Shown here: piece by piece, positions 37,715 to 47,980 of the stretch | Position numbering within the stretch: position 1 is the first letter of the stretch | Layout: each line of letters opens with the position of its first letter | Notes under the pieces: generated by a model | The model's input: the letters and a program-made list of their open reading frames with translations, nothing else | What the model was told of the DNA's origin: nothing | Database searches by the model: none | Made by a program: the position numbers and the translations under genes | Source: a bacterium | Lineage (GTDB): Bacteria > Patescibacteriota > Minisyncoccia > JAUYLV01 | Direction of reading: 5' to 3' | Length of the DNA: 64,000 bases | Assembly (NCBI GenBank): GCA_030649025.1 | Contig: JAUSGO010000004.1 | Span: 6,824-70,823, forward strand

Positions 37715-39556
37715 ATGGACAAGCGATTCATAAGAAATTTTGTCATTATTGCGCACATAGATCACGGCAAGTCGACCCTTGCCGATCGGTTTTTGGAATT
37801 GACCGGAACGGTGGAGACGCGGAAGATGCATGCGCAGTATCTGGACACCATGGATATTGAGCAGGAACGAGGCATCACTATTAAGATGCAGCCGGTACGG
37901 ATGCAATACGTCTTGGACGGGGATCCGTACACGCTCGATCTTATAGATACGCCCGGGCATGTGGATTTCACCTACGAAGTATCCCGTTCGCTTGCGGCGG
38001 TGGAGGGAGCCGTTCTACTTGTGGATGCAACGAAAGGCATTCAGGCCCAGACTCTCGCGAATCTGAGGCTTGCGCAAAAAGAAGGGCTTGTCGTTGTTCC
38101 TGCTATAAACAAAATAGACCTTCCCAATGCCGATCCTGAAAAAGTAAGCGAGGAGCTCACGGCGCTGCTTGGTATTGAAGCGTCCGCTATATCCCATATT
38201 TCCGCAAAGGACGGCATAGGCGTCAAAGAACTCCTTTCGCGCGTGATCAAGGAAGTTCCTTCGCCAAAAACCGAAACGCAAAAAGTCGCGCGTATACGCG
38301 CTCTTGTGTTCGATTCATCTTACGATACATATAAGGGCGCACTTGCGTATGTTCGTGTGGTGAATGGCCGGGTGAGAAGAGGAGATGCTATTTCCTTTTT
38401 TGCGACGGGTGCTTTGTGCGAAGTATTGGAAGTGGGATATTTCAAGCCCCATATGCTTGTGACAGAGGCGATTGAAGAGGGAGAGATAGGCTATATTGCT
38501 ACCGGCTTGAAAGATGTAAGCAAATGCCGCGTCGGAGATACCATCACAAACAATGCCCAACTTTCGATTTCCTCTTCGAATCGGGGACCGGGGGAAAATT
38601 TTCAAACACATATTGAGCCATTGCCGGGCTATGCCGAACCTCGGCCCATGGTATTCGCAAGTTTTTATCCCACGGAAGGAGACGACTTTGACATGCTTAG
38701 GGATGCGCTTTCCAAGCTTAAGCTGAACGACGCAGCCATTACTTTCGAGCCGGAAACATCGGAGGCGCTGGGCAGAGGATTCCGTTGCGGGTTTTTGGGA
38801 ATGCTGCACCTGGAAATAGCCAAGGAGCGCCTGCGGAGAGAATTTGATATTGATCTGGTGGTCACCACGCCGTCGGTGCTTTATAAAGTAACGTGCAATG
38901 ACGAAAAAGTCCTGGACATCGCCGCCGCAGGGTTTTTGCCGGACCCCGCGCTTGTCAAAGAAATCCATGAGCCGTGGGTTGAGCTCGATATTGTCACTCC
39001 CCTCTCATTCATGGGCAACATCATGGAGCTTGTAAAAGCATTCCGCGCAATCTACAAAGAAACGGAGTATTTGAGTAAAGACCATCTCGTATTGCACTAC
39101 GAGGCTCCGCTCGCCGAGATCATCACGAATTTTTACGATCGCCTTAAATCGGTTTCGAGCGGATATGCTTCCATGAATTATAACCTCTCCGGATACCGCC
39201 AGGGAGATTTGATAAAGCTCGACATTCTGGTTGCGGGAGAGAGCGTGGAGGCTTTCTCGCATATTGCGCCAAGACAATCTGCTGAAAATCGGGGAAGACG
39301 CATCGTAGAGCGCCTAAAGGAACTCATTCCCCAGCAGCTTTTTGCCGTGTCATTGCAGGCGGCGATAGGCGGAAAGGTCATTGCGCGCGAGACGATTTCG
39401 GCCATGCGTAAAGATGTGACGGGGTATCTCTACGGAGGAGACTATACGCGCAAGCGCAAGCTCTTAGAGAAACAGAAGAAGGGCAAGAAAAAAATGAAGG
39501 CCATTGGTCGTGTGAACATCCCCTCAAACGTATTTTTGGAGATGCTGAAAGAGTGA
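37715..39556 (+). CDS. lepA: elongation factor 4 (LepA)
   Basis: NFVIIAHIDHGKSTLADRFL...DTMDIEQERGITIK; LepA-specific C-terminal domain; 613 aa. Confidence 0.95.
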   Translation: MDKRFIRNFVIIAHIDHGKSTLADRFLELTGTVETRKMHAQYLDTMDIEQERGITIKMQPVRMQYVLDGDPYTLDLIDTPGHVDFTYEVSRSLAAVEGAVLLVDATKGIQAQTLANLRLAQKEGLVVVPAINKIDLPNADPEKVSEELTALLGIEASAISHISAKDGIGVKELLSRVIKEVPSPKTETQKVARIRALVFDSSYDTYKGALAYVRVVNGRVRRGDAISFFATGALCEVLEVGYFKPHMLVTEAIEEGEIGYIATGLKDVSKCRVGDTITNNAQLSISSSNRGPGENFQTHIEPLPGYAEPRPMVFASFYPTEGDDFDMLRDALSKLKLNDAAITFEPETSEALGRGFRCGFLGMLHLEIAKERLRREFDIDLVVTTPSVLYKVTCNDEKVLDIAAAGFLPDPALVKEIHEPWVELDIVTPLSFMGNIMELVKAFRAIYKETEYLSKDHLVLHYEAPLAEIITNFYDRLKSVSSGYASMNYNLSGYRQGDLIKLDILVAGESVEAFSHIAPRQSAENRGRRIVERLKELIPQQLFAVSLQAAIGGKVIARETISAMRKDVTGYLYGGDYTRKRKLLEKQKKGKKKMKAIGRVNIPSNVFLEMLKE

Positions 39557-39668
39557 AGGGTGAGGTGGACAGTTTTTTTGTTTTCATGATACACTGTACA
39601 ATTCCAGCATAGTTGCCAGTTTTTGTGGCTGTGTCTGGGAAGATTTTTGAAAAAGAAGGGGGGGTCCT

Positions 39669-40289
39669 ATGAAGAAACTTTATTGGCACTTCAGTTTTTT
39701 CGGCATAGCGGCCTTAATTTTTGGCGGCATTGCCACCGCAGAAACCTGGAAGAGCACATATCTCGCCGTTACGATGATCGGCACCGGCACGTTGCTCTTT
39801 ATCGCGGTCTGCTACAAGGACGATCCTGGCTACCACAAAATGCTTGCAGTCTACGACGAAAAGGGGATATTCCTGGGTTTTGAAAATGGCCCCGTCTGGC
39901 TCGGATTGTCCCATAGGCGACGCGTAGTTCCGATAGTCACCGGCGCATTTCTTAGCTCCGGATTTAAGTATGTGACCGAGAACCCCCGCATCACGCAGTT
40001 CCGGTACAATGTCAAGGTGGTTCCGAAAGATCTCTCTGAAAAGACAGCTCGACTTCTGGAGGCTCGCTTCGGAGTGGATTTTCCCGAAGCACTCATGGAA
40101 AGGCATATCGAACAATGCCTCTTCGAGCTCAACAGCGATTTCACGAAAGAAGAGTACCAGCGCTTCAGGAAACCCCATGTAGAAGCGGAAGAGTTGGCGT
40201 TCCAGAATTTCATGCAAGGGAGGCTCGACCCCATACTTGCGGAAGTGGGATTACGGATTGCCGATGCCAGATTTTCCATTTCTTTTTAA
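39669..40289 (+). CDS. hypothetical membrane protein
   Basis: 206 aa with two N-terminal TM helices; no family. Confidence 0.45.
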   Translation: MKKLYWHFSFFGIAALIFGGIATAETWKSTYLAVTMIGTGTLLFIAVCYKDDPGYHKMLAVYDEKGIFLGFENGPVWLGLSHRRRVVPIVTGAFLSSGFKYVTENPRITQFRYNVKVVPKDLSEKTARLLEARFGVDFPEALMERHIEQCLFELNSDFTKEEYQRFRKPHVEAEELAFQNFMQGRLDPILAEVGLRIADARFSISF

Positions 40290-40294
40290 TTAAG

Positions 40295-40321
40295 CTCATT
40301 GGGGGAGATCTCGTCTCCCCT
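40295..40321 (+). terminator. rho-independent terminator (ggggagatctcgtctcccc + tatttt)
   Basis: 7-bp GC stem followed by T-rich sequence. Confidence 0.55.
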
Positions 40322-40357
40322 ATTTTAATATACAGAATCCATAAGACCGGAGGCTTA

Positions 40358-40385
40358 TTGACACCGCTTCTTTTATGTATATAAT
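40358..40385 (+). promoter_or_regulatory. sigma70-type promoter of the tuf/S10 operon: -35 TTGACA, 16-nt spacer, -10 TATAAT
   Basis: Perfect consensus hexamers about 130 nt upstream of tuf. Confidence 0.65.
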
Positions 40386-40476
40386 TAGATAGTAATTGTG
40401 AGGTATTTATAAATATTGGCATATTTTAGGCAAAAACAGTAAACAAATAACAAAAAGCAAATAACAAGATCATCCC

Positions 40477-40504
40477 GCTATTTGCTATCTGCTATTTGCT
40501 ATTT
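40477..40504 (+). repeat. 4x heptamer tandem repeat (GCTATTT/GCTATCT/GCTATTT/GCTATTT) 12 nt upstream of the tuf ATG
   Basis: Direct reading. Related array TGCTATT/TGCCATC/TGCTGTT/TGCTATC before rplO. Confidence 0.8.
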
Positions 40505-40516
40505 ACTGAAATCGTT

Positions 40517-41710
40517 ATGGCTGAAAAATTCGATCGTTCAAAGCCCCATGTTAACGTTGGCACCATTGGCCATGTTGACCATGGGAAAACCACTCTTACC
40601 GCCGCGATTCTTCACGTTCTCAACATGAAGGGATTTGTGAAAAAAGTTGAGGGAGTGAATGACATCGACAATGCTCCCGAAGAGCGCGCCCGCGGTATTA
40701 CCATTGCACTGCATCACTCCGAATATGAATCCGAAAAACGCCACTACGCTCACATTGACGCACCGGGACACGCAGATTATATCAAAAACATGATAACCGG
40801 GGCCGCTCAAATGGACGGCGCAACGTTGGTCGTTGCGGCAACCGACGGTCCTATGCCGCAAACACGAGAACACATTCTGCTTGCGCGTCAGGTCGGCGTG
40901 CCGTCACTGGTGGTATTTCTTAATAAAGTGGACATGGTCGAGGACCCCGAGCTCATTGATCTTGTGGAGGCGGAAGTTCGTGAACTTCTTACAAAGTATC
41001 AATTTCCTGGCGACAAAACCCCGATTATTCGTGGTTCCGCGCTCAAGGCCCTTGAAGCAAAGTCCGTTGACGATCCGGCGGCAAAACCAATCTTGGATCT
41101 TATCGCGGCTCTGGACGCCTTTGTGCCGGATCCGGTGCGCGATATCGAAAAGCCGTTTTTGATGCCCGTTGAGGACATCTTCTCTATTGAGGGCCGGGGC
41201 ACCGTTGTAACTGGCAGGATTGAGCGCGGGAAGGTCAAGTTGAATGATGAAATTGAGATCATCGGGCTCCGTCCGACCTCAAAAACCGTGGTTACGGGCA
41301 TTGAAATGTTCAACAAATCCCTTGATGAAGGCATGGCCGGTGATAATGCGGGCATTTTATTGCGCGGCACGAAAAAAGAAGAAATAGAGCGCGGGCAGGT
41401 TTTGGCAAAGCCGGGTTCGGTCACGCCGCATACCGAGTTTGACGCAGAAGTATACGTGCTTTCGAAAGAAGAGGGAGGCCGTCACACCCCGTTCTTTAAG
41501 GGCTACAAACCGCAGTTTTACATTCGCACCACCGACGTTACGGGAGAGGTATTTTTGCCGGAAGGGACGGAGATGGTCATGCCGGGAGACACCGTTAACA
41601 TCAAGGTGGCGCTTATGTACCCGGTCGCACTTGAAGAAAAACAACGGTTTGCTATTCGAGAAGGCGGAAAAACGGTGGGCGCGGGTGTCGTGACGAAGAT
41701 TAACAAATAA
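40517..41710 (+). CDS. tuf: elongation factor Tu
   Basis: [31 protein letters not shown]; start at the internal ATG of the track ORF. Confidence 0.97.
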   Translation: MAEKFDRSKPHVNVGTIGHVDHGKTTLTAAILHVLNMKGFVKKVEGVNDIDNAPEERARGITIALHHSEYESEKRHYAHIDAPGHADYIKNMITGAAQMDGATLVVAATDGPMPQTREHILLARQVGVPSLVVFLNKVDMVEDPELIDLVEAEVRELLTKYQFPGDKTPIIRGSALKALEAKSVDDPAAKPILDLIAALDAFVPDPVRDIEKPFLMPVEDIFSIEGRGTVVTGRIERGKVKLNDEIEIIGLRPTSKTVVTGIEMFNKSLDEGMAGDNAGILLRGTKKEEIERGQVLAKPGSVTPHTEFDAEVYVLSKEEGGRHTPFFKGYKPQFYIRTTDVTGEVFLPEGTEMVMPGDTVNIKVALMYPVALEEKQRFAIREGGKTVGAGVVTKINK

Positions 41711-41781
41711 AAAACGATATTTTTTGAGTACACGATTAAGAAAAACAAGGCAGTTAAGTTGGTTTTGTAGTTCTTTGCAAC

Positions 41782-42147
41782 ATGGGCACCGCTCAAACAA
41801 AAATAAAGAATGACGATACGATGAAAGCCGAGGAAGAGCAAAAGTCTCGCCTACGCATACGTATTCGGGCCTATGACAACAAGATCATCGACCAATGCGC
41901 AAAGCAGATCATGGAGACCGCAGAGCGCGTGGGCGCGGAAGTTTCCGGACCGGTTCCTCTGCCTACCGAAATCCGTAAATACACGGTAAACCGGGCAACT
42001 TTCAAATACAAAGACGCAAGGGAACAGTACGAAATGCGGGCCCACAAGCGCCTGATTGACATCTTGAATCCGAATCCCAAGGTCATTGACGCGCTCACCA
42101 ATCTGAATTTGCCAGCCGGCGTTGATATCGAGATAAAAATGACTTAA
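41782..42147 (+). CDS. rpsJ: 30S ribosomal protein S10
   Basis: [38 protein letters not shown]. The start may be the internal MKAEEE at 41821. Confidence 0.9.
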   Translation: MGTAQTKIKNDDTMKAEEEQKSRLRIRIRAYDNKIIDQCAKQIMETAERVGAEVSGPVPLPTEIRKYTVNRATFKYKDAREQYEMRAHKRLIDILNPNPKVIDALTNLNLPAGVDIEIKMT

Positions 42148-42327
42148 GGGGGATTTGAATGCGCAGCAGCGACGGAGAATATACGAAAAATAACGAATAG
42201 TTTTTAGCGGGCAATGTTCGGTGGACAAACTCTAATGAGGAAGTCCGGTTCACAACCTATTTAATGTTCTAAAGACTCGTCTTGCGGGAATTGTTTACCG
42301 GGCGATGTCCGGTTTTTTTTATTGCTT

Positions 42328-42930
42328 ATGAAATGTTTACTTGCTCAGAAACTTGGCATGTCGCAGATCTATACGGACGCTGGCATCGTTATGCCCGTCA
42401 CCGTTGTTTCTGTTGCGCCGAATACGGTCATACGGGTCCGTTCAAACGATGCACGCGGCTATGATGCGGTGCAAGTTGGCGCGGGATCCAGAAAAAAACT
42501 CACAAAACCGATGGCCGGGCAATTTAAAGAACTCGGAAAATTTAAATGGGTGAAGGAATTCAGAACAAGGGCAGGAGATCTGAAGCGTGGCGACATTATA
42601 GGTATTTCGGTATTTACCGAGGGAGACGTAGTGGATGTTACCTCGACGAGCAAGGGGAAGGGGTTTGCGGGCGTGGTGAAGCGGCATCATTTTCGCGGAG
42701 GACCGGCGTCGCACGGCCATCCACACAATCACCGCGCTCCGGGATCCATCGGATGCCGTTTTCCGCAACATGTGCACAAAGGAAAGCGCATGGCGGGTCA
42801 CATGGGCTTTGAAACCGTGACGGTAAAAAATCTAAAAGTGGTGCGGATCAATGAGGAACAGGGTCTTATGGCTATAAAGGGAGCGATACCGGGAAGCAGG
42901 GGGACGCTGGTGAAGATCATGGGAAGATGA
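42328..42930 (+). CDS. rplC: 50S ribosomal protein L3
   Basis: MKCLLAQKLGMSQIY...GKGFAGVVKRHHFRGGPASHG. Confidence 0.93.
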   Translation: MKCLLAQKLGMSQIYTDAGIVMPVTVVSVAPNTVIRVRSNDARGYDAVQVGAGSRKKLTKPMAGQFKELGKFKWVKEFRTRAGDLKRGDIIGISVFTEGDVVDVTSTSKGKGFAGVVKRHHFRGGPASHGHPHNHRAPGSIGCRFPQHVHKGKRMAGHMGFETVTVKNLKVVRINEEQGLMAIKGAIPGSRGTLVKIMGR

Positions 42931-42987
42931 ATTATGCTTAATTACGGATTACGCATTACGAATTAATTCGCAATACGCAATTCGCAA

Positions 42988-43632
42988 TTGAGTGATTCAG
43001 CAATGCAGGCAAAACTCTACAACCAAGACGGAAAAGAAGCCGGGACAACCGAATTGCCCGATGCGATATTTAATGTTCCGCAAAACTCCGCACTGGTAAA
43101 GCAGGTTGTCGAGGTGGAGCGGGCTAATAGACGAAAACCCCTTGCCCACACCAAGGTACGCAGCGAGGTGCGCGGCGGAGGCAAAAAACCGTGGAAGCAG
43201 AAGGGCACGGGAAGGGCGCGTCATGGCTCAATTCGTTCGCCGCTGTGGAAGGGAGGCGGAACAACTTTCGGGCCGCGGAACGAGACAGTTTTTAAAAAGC
43301 ACATCAATAAAAAAATGAGACGAAAGGCTCTTTTTATTGTACTTTCGGCAAAAGTAAAGGACGGGGAATGCGTTTTTATTGATCGGATACAGCTCAACGA
43401 GTCCAAGACAAAGGCGTTTTCTAAAATCATAAAAAATTTTAAAGAAACATTGGGCAGGTCGCTTGCATTTGTAAGTTCGGGTGATGCCGTGCTTGAACGG
43501 GCCGCGCGCAATATTGAAAAACTTTCCGTATACCAAGCCTCTCAGCTCAATGCGCTCGATTTGTTACAAAAGAAGTTTCTCTTTATACCGAAGTCAGCAA
43601 TCGAAGTTATTGAAAAAACTTTTTTGAAATAA
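42988..43632 (+). CDS. rplD: 50S ribosomal protein L4
   Basis: ...RGGGKKPWKQKGTGRARHGSIRSPLWKGGG. Confidence 0.93.
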   Translation: MSDSAMQAKLYNQDGKEAGTTELPDAIFNVPQNSALVKQVVEVERANRRKPLAHTKVRSEVRGGGKKPWKQKGTGRARHGSIRSPLWKGGGTTFGPRNETVFKKHINKKMRRKALFIVLSAKVKDGECVFIDRIQLNESKTKAFSKIIKNFKETLGRSLAFVSSGDAVLERAARNIEKLSVYQASQLNALDLLQKKFLFIPKSAIEVIEKTFLK

Positions 43633-43636
43633 TCCC

Positions 43637-44053
43637 ATGTCCATCGTACAAACTTTAAAAAAGAAAATTGTTCGCAAGGAAACCGGGAAAGAAGAAGCTC
43701 CTTCCTCCGCTTCCGCGACCCCGGGCCATATGAACGAAGCGGATCGGATAGGAGAGTCCGTCCAAGAAAAGAAGGGGCAAGCCACGGCCGTTTTAAGAAA
43801 GCCGCGTGTCACGGAAAAAACTGCGGAGCTTGGCATCGAGCGCATCTATACGTTCGACGTAGATCCTAAGGCTTCAAAACATGAAGTGCGCCTGGCAGTG
43901 GAAAAAATGTACGGCGTCAATGCCGTAAGCGTGCGCACCATTACCGTGCATCGCAAAAAACGGACGCGTGGGAAACTTGAGGGATGGAAGAAGGGATATA
44001 AAAAGGCACTGGTGAAAATAAAAGAAGGACAAACAATAGAGATTTCAAGCTGA
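43637..44053 (+). CDS. rplW: 50S ribosomal protein L23 with an N-terminal extension
   Basis: VLRKPRVTEKTAELGIERIYTFDVDPKASKHEVRLAVEKMYGV. Confidence 0.9.
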   Translation: MSIVQTLKKKIVRKETGKEEAPSSASATPGHMNEADRIGESVQEKKGQATAVLRKPRVTEKTAELGIERIYTFDVDPKASKHEVRLAVEKMYGVNAVSVRTITVHRKKRTRGKLEGWKKGYKKALVKIKEGQTIEISS

Positions 44054-44092
44054 TTAGCTTATTAGCTTCTTAGGGAATTCAAAAAAAAGTCC

Positions 44093-44124
44093 TAAAAAGC
44101 TAAAAAGCTAAAAAGCTAAAAAGC
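44093..44124 (+). repeat. 4x octamer tandem repeat TAAAAAGC ending 1 nt before the rplB GTG start
   Basis: Direct reading: cc-taaaaagc x4 - t - GTG. Confidence 0.85.
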
Positions 44125-44125
44125 T

Positions 44126-44956
44126 GTGAAGTATTTCAAACCAATAACGCCAGGACAACGGCAAAAAACCACAGTAGACTACAGCGCTCTGACGCCGCGG
44201 ACAAAGCCCGAAAAATCTTTGCTCGCGCCCTACGCAAAAAAAAGCGGGCATGGAGCTCTTGGCCGCATTACGGTCCGCCATAGAGGCGGGGGGCACAAGC
44301 GTAGGTACCGGATTATCGATTTCAAAGGCGATAAATTTGACGTGCCGGCCACAATTTCTTCAATAGAATACGATCCGAATCGCTCGGCCTTTATCGCATT
44401 GCTTTCATATAAAGACGGAGAGAAGCGGTATATTCTTGCGCCAAAAGATGTCGGAGTGGGAAACGTCGTACTCGCCTCTAAGAATCGCTTGCCGGCAGAA
44501 CCGGGCAACCGCATGCCGTTGAAGTTTCTACCCGTAGGGACCTTTGTGCATAACGTGGAGCTGTTTCCTGGGCGTGGCGGGGCGGCAGTGCGTTCGGCCG
44601 GCTCATATGCGGAAGTGCTTGCACAAGAAGGACGATTCACGAATCTTAAGCTTCCCTCAATCGAAGTACGAAAATTTTTTTCCGAGTGCCTTGCGACCAT
44701 AGGACAGCTTTCTAACTCCGAACATAATTTGGAAAATCTTGGCAAGGCCGGGCGTGCACGATGGAAAGGAATCCGTCCCCAGGTGCGAGGGAGCGCGATG
44801 AATCCGGTTGATCATCCGCATGGCGGAGGCGAGGGCAGGCAGCCCATCGGGCTTCCCGGTCCGAAGACCCCCTGGGGGAAACCGGCGCTTGGCGTGAGAA
44901 CAAGAGACAGAAAAAAACAAAGTTCAAAGTATATTGTGTCGAGAAGAAGGAAATAA
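44126..44956 (+). CDS. rplB: 50S ribosomal protein L2
   Basis: GTG start VKYFKPITPGQRQ; GHKRRYR; HPHGGGEG. Confidence 0.95.
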   Translation: MKYFKPITPGQRQKTTVDYSALTPRTKPEKSLLAPYAKKSGHGALGRITVRHRGGGHKRRYRIIDFKGDKFDVPATISSIEYDPNRSAFIALLSYKDGEKRYILAPKDVGVGNVVLASKNRLPAEPGNRMPLKFLPVGTFVHNVELFPGRGGAAVRSAGSYAEVLAQEGRFTNLKLPSIEVRKFFSECLATIGQLSNSEHNLENLGKAGRARWKGIRPQVRGSAMNPVDHPHGGGEGRQPIGLPGPKTPWGKPALGVRTRDRKKQSSKYIVSRRRK

Positions 44957-44964
44957 ATTATTCA

Positions 44965-44987
44965 GTTAACGCATTTGCGCGTTAACG
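44965..44987. promoter_or_regulatory. 23-nt hairpin motif GTTAACGCATTTGCGCGTTAACG (8-bp inverted repeat GTTAACGC/GCGTTAAC) preceding the 4x octamer array before rpsS
   Basis: A near-identical motif GTTAACGAATTTGCGAGTTAACG occurs at 54041-54063 before map. Confidence 0.6.
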
Positions 44988-45000
44988 GGTTCCGTAAAAA

Positions 45001-45032
45001 CTCGTTAACTCGTTAACTCGTTAACTCGTTAA
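45001..45032 (+). repeat. 4x octamer tandem repeat CTCGTTAA ending 2 nt before the rpsS GTG start
   Basis: Direct reading. Confidence 0.85.
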
Positions 45033-45034
45033 CG

Positions 45035-45376
45035 GTGTCACGAAGTCTTAAAAAGGGCCCGTATATTGAACCAAAATTGCTTAAAAAACTAGGCAGGGTT
45101 CGTATTGGCGACAAGGTAGTGATAAAGACGTGGTCGCGCGCCTCCACAATCTCCCCCGAGATGGTCGGCTTTACCATCGGCGTACATAACGGCAAGATTC
45201 ATATTCCGATATTCATTACCGAGGAGATGGTAGGTCATCGACTTGGCGAATTTTCTTCAACGCGCAAGTTTGTTCGTCACGGCGGACGCATGCAAAAAGA
45301 ACAAGAACTGAAAGCCAAGGAAGCCGAGCAGGAATCCGAAAAGGCAGCAAAAACAGCGGCCACAGAGAAGAAATAA
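45035..45376 (+). CDS. rpsS: 30S ribosomal protein S19 with a Lys/Glu/Ala-rich C-terminal tail
   Basis: GTG start [18 protein letters not shown]... Confidence 0.93.
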   Translation: MSRSLKKGPYIEPKLLKKLGRVRIGDKVVIKTWSRASTISPEMVGFTIGVHNGKIHIPIFITEEMVGHRLGEFSSTRKFVRHGGRMQKEQELKAKEAEQESEKAAKTAATEKK

Positions 45377-45466
45377 AGATCAGCTTATAGGTTATAGCTG
45401 CTAACTTGTAGGGATGAAGAAAGAACGAGTTAAGCTCAAAAAGCTATAAGCTCTAAGTCATAAGGT

Positions 45467-46003
45467 ATGTCAGCGATTGTTGCAAAACTTAATCATTTTA
45501 GAATGAGTCCGCGCAAGGTTCGGCTGGTTGCGGATCTCGTGCGCGGCAAGGATGTGGACGATGCAGAGGCTCAACTGGAACATATGCGGAAGCACGCCGC
45601 CCTGGCAATAAAAAAACTGTTACGATCCGCCATTGCCAACGCTGAGCACAATTTTCAAAAAACTCGATCCGCACTTTTCATCCAGACGCTTACGGTAGAT
45701 GGCGGGCCGACGCTAAAACGTTTTCGCGCACGGGCATTCGGGAGAGCTGCGGACATCCATAAGCGGACAAGCCACATAACGCTTGTGCTTGGAGAACGTA
45801 GCGAGGCGCTAAGGAAGAAACGTTTTGTTCTGCCTGAAGCAAAAAAATCAAAAGAAGCGACAACTCTTGAAGATCTTAGTCAAGAGAAAAAGAAACCGGA
45901 AACAGGCTTCTCCCCAAAGGAACTACGGAAAGAACCGCGGGGCGGGATTCAAAAAAAAGTCGCCGACATGGGCAGAAAATTTTTTAGAAGAAAAAGTGTG
46001 TGA
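45467..46003 (+). CDS. rplV: 50S ribosomal protein L22 with a C-terminal extension
   Basis: MSAIVAKLNHFRMSPRKVRLVADLVRGKDVDDAEAQL. Confidence 0.93.
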   Translation: MSAIVAKLNHFRMSPRKVRLVADLVRGKDVDDAEAQLEHMRKHAALAIKKLLRSAIANAEHNFQKTRSALFIQTLTVDGGPTLKRFRARAFGRAADIHKRTSHITLVLGERSEALRKKRFVLPEAKKSKEATTLEDLSQEKKKPETGFSPKELRKEPRGGIQKKVADMGRKFFRRKSV

Positions 46004-46032
46004 CAAGTAAATCGGGCTGAAGCCACTCTTAT

Positions 46033-46686
46033 ATGGGACATAAAATTCATCCAATATCATTCCGTTTGGGATACATCGAACCGTGGCGATCGCGGTGGCT
46101 CAACCGAAACCGCAAAAGCTTTAGGGCGTCTTTGGAACAAGACGTGAAGATTCGTCGCTATTTGGAAAAAAAGTTTCGCGGGGCAGCGGTAGACGTAATT
46201 GAAATTGAGCGCACTCCGAACTTGGCCACGATCATCATTAAAACAGCGCGCCCCGGCATTGTCATAGGAAGGGGCGGAGGCGGAATTGAAGATTTGCAAA
46301 AACAGCTAGCCCACATCGTTGGAGTAGAAGATAAAGGAAAAATAAAAGTTCAGGTCGAAGAGGTTAGAAGTGCCGAATCGTCTGCGCGCATTATGGCAGA
46401 GACCATCGCCGAGCAGCTTGAAAAGCGCATGCAGCATCGACGGATCATGAAACAAGCCATTGAAAAGATTATGGCAAACAAAAAGGAGGTGGAGGGGGTC
46501 AAAATCAGGCTCGCCGGACGCATCGGAGGAGCCGAGATCTCGCGTGCCGAATGGCTTGCAAAGGGGCGATTACCGCTGCACACTCTGCGTGCAAGAATTG
46601 ATTTTGCAACGAGCGAGGCTCACACCACCTATGGCGTTATCGGCGTGAAAGTATGGATATACAAAGGACAGGTATTTCAGAAATAG
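46033..46686 (+). CDS. rpsC: 30S ribosomal protein S3
   Basis: MGHKIHPISFRLGYIEPWRSRW; KH domain. Confidence 0.95.
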   Translation: MGHKIHPISFRLGYIEPWRSRWLNRNRKSFRASLEQDVKIRRYLEKKFRGAAVDVIEIERTPNLATIIIKTARPGIVIGRGGGGIEDLQKQLAHIVGVEDKGKIKVQVEEVRSAESSARIMAETIAEQLEKRMQHRRIMKQAIEKIMANKKEVEGVKIRLAGRIGGAEISRAEWLAKGRLPLHTLRARIDFATSEAHTTYGVIGVKVWIYKGQVFQK

Positions 46687-46745
46687 GTTATAGCTGATAG
46701 GTTTTAGCTTGTAGAGTTTTGAGGGATGCGCATACCCTCACTCGA

Positions 46746-46773
46746 AGCTATAAGCTATAAGCTATAAGCTATA
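46746..46773 (+). repeat. 4x heptamer tandem repeat AGCTATA ending 2 nt before the rplP ATG
   Basis: Direct reading: g-aagctata x4 - ac - ATG. Confidence 0.85.
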
Positions 46774-46775
46774 AC

Positions 46776-47180
46776 ATGTTATCTCCGAAGAAAGTAAAAC
46801 ATCGAAAATGGCAAAAGGGTCGCACGCGAGGAATCTCTTCGCGGGGAACCGTCTTGGCGTTTGGGGTATTTGGGCTTAAAGCGAATGGATCGAAATGGAT
46901 CACCGCGCGTCAAATAGAAGCGGCCCGTCGGGCAATGACGCGTTTTGTCCAGCGCGGGGGCAAGATATGGATTCGGGTGTTTCCGGATAAACCGGTTACA
47001 AAAAAGGGGACGGAGGTGCCCATGGGAGGCGGCAAGGGCGGCGTGGACCACTACGTTGTTCCCGTTCTTCCCGGAAGAATTCTTTTCGAAATTGATGGTG
47101 TTAGCGAGACGCTGGCCAGGGAAGCCATGCGGCTTGCGGCACACAAACTTCCGATACGCACGCTTTTCGTAAAAAAATGA
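46776..47180 (+). CDS. rplP: 50S ribosomal protein L16
   Basis: [19 protein letters not shown]. Confidence 0.95.
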   Translation: MLSPKKVKHRKWQKGRTRGISSRGTVLAFGVFGLKANGSKWITARQIEAARRAMTRFVQRGGKIWIRVFPDKPVTKKGTEVPMGGGKGGVDHYVVPVLPGRILFEIDGVSETLAREAMRLAAHKLPIRTLFVKK

Positions 47181-47211
47181 TTGATCTCTATTTAGGATTT
47201 AAAGTAAGCCC

Positions 47212-47523
47212 ATGAGCGACAAACACACCAAAAAACACAAAATATTCCGCGGCGTTGTGGTTTCGGATAAGATGCAAAAAACGATAGTGGTGCGAGTAGA
47301 CCGCATTAAGGAACATCCGAAATATGAACGCAGATATCGTGTATCGAAGAGATATAAAGCCCATGATGAAAAGGGGGAGTTTCGCACCGGAGATATCGTG
47401 CTTATTGAAGAGGTGCGCCCTTTGTCGCGAGACAAAAGGTGGCGTGCCGTGAAGAAAATAGGAGAAAATAGAACGGAAGTCCTCGAAGCAAATCCCAAAG
47501 ACGATCCGAGTAACTCTGAATAA
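47212..47523 (+). CDS. rpsQ: 30S ribosomal protein S17
   Basis: [33 protein letters not shown]; follows L16 directly with no L29 gene between. Confidence 0.93.
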   Translation: MSDKHTKKHKIFRGVVVSDKMQKTIVVRVDRIKEHPKYERRYRVSKRYKAHDEKGEFRTGDIVLIEEVRPLSRDKRWRAVKKIGENRTEVLEANPKDDPSNSE

Positions 47524-47604
47524 CAAGACTTGTAGCCTCTTAACTTCTTAGCTTCTTGGGCGGATTCCTAAAAAGCTGAAAGTTAAAAGCTGGAAGTTGT
47601 TTGA

Positions 47605-47970
47605 ATGATCCAGGCCGGCACATGGTTAAACGTTGCAGACAACACGGGAGCGCGGCTCGTGAAGTGTTTTAAGGTTTATGGAGGAACGCGCCGAAGATAT
47701 GCGGGCCTGGGTGACATTATTATGGCCTCCATAAAGGAGGCAGAGCCCCGTAAGGCGGTAAAGAAAAAAGACGTAGTGAAGGGTGTTATTGTGCGCACGA
47801 AAGCCGCAACCAGGCGCTCCGATGGTTCTTATGTTCGATTTGATGACAATGCTATGGTGATCCTGGATGGCAAGGAGCCAAAGGGCGGAAGAATATTTGG
47901 TCCGGTTGCCCGGGAGCTTCGCGAAAAGGGGTTCATGAAAATAATTTCATTAGCACCCGAGGTGGTGTAG
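47605..47970 (+). CDS. rplN: 50S ribosomal protein L14
   Basis: [24 protein letters not shown]. Confidence 0.95.
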   Translation: MIQAGTWLNVADNTGARLVKCFKVYGGTRRRYAGLGDIIMASIKEAEPRKAVKKKDVVKGVIVRTKAATRRSDGSYVRFDDNAMVILDGKEPKGGRIFGPVARELREKGFMKIISLAPEVV

Positions 47971-47980
47971 TAATGCACGT

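Noticed and set aside
41782-41820. N-terminal 13 aa of the S10 ORF and the N-terminal extensions of L4 and L15
   Set aside because: The conserved cores begin at internal Met codons (MKAEEE..., MQAKLY..., MQLHNL...). The upstream extensions are probably not translated, so the internal starts were preferred, or this was flagged in the evidence.
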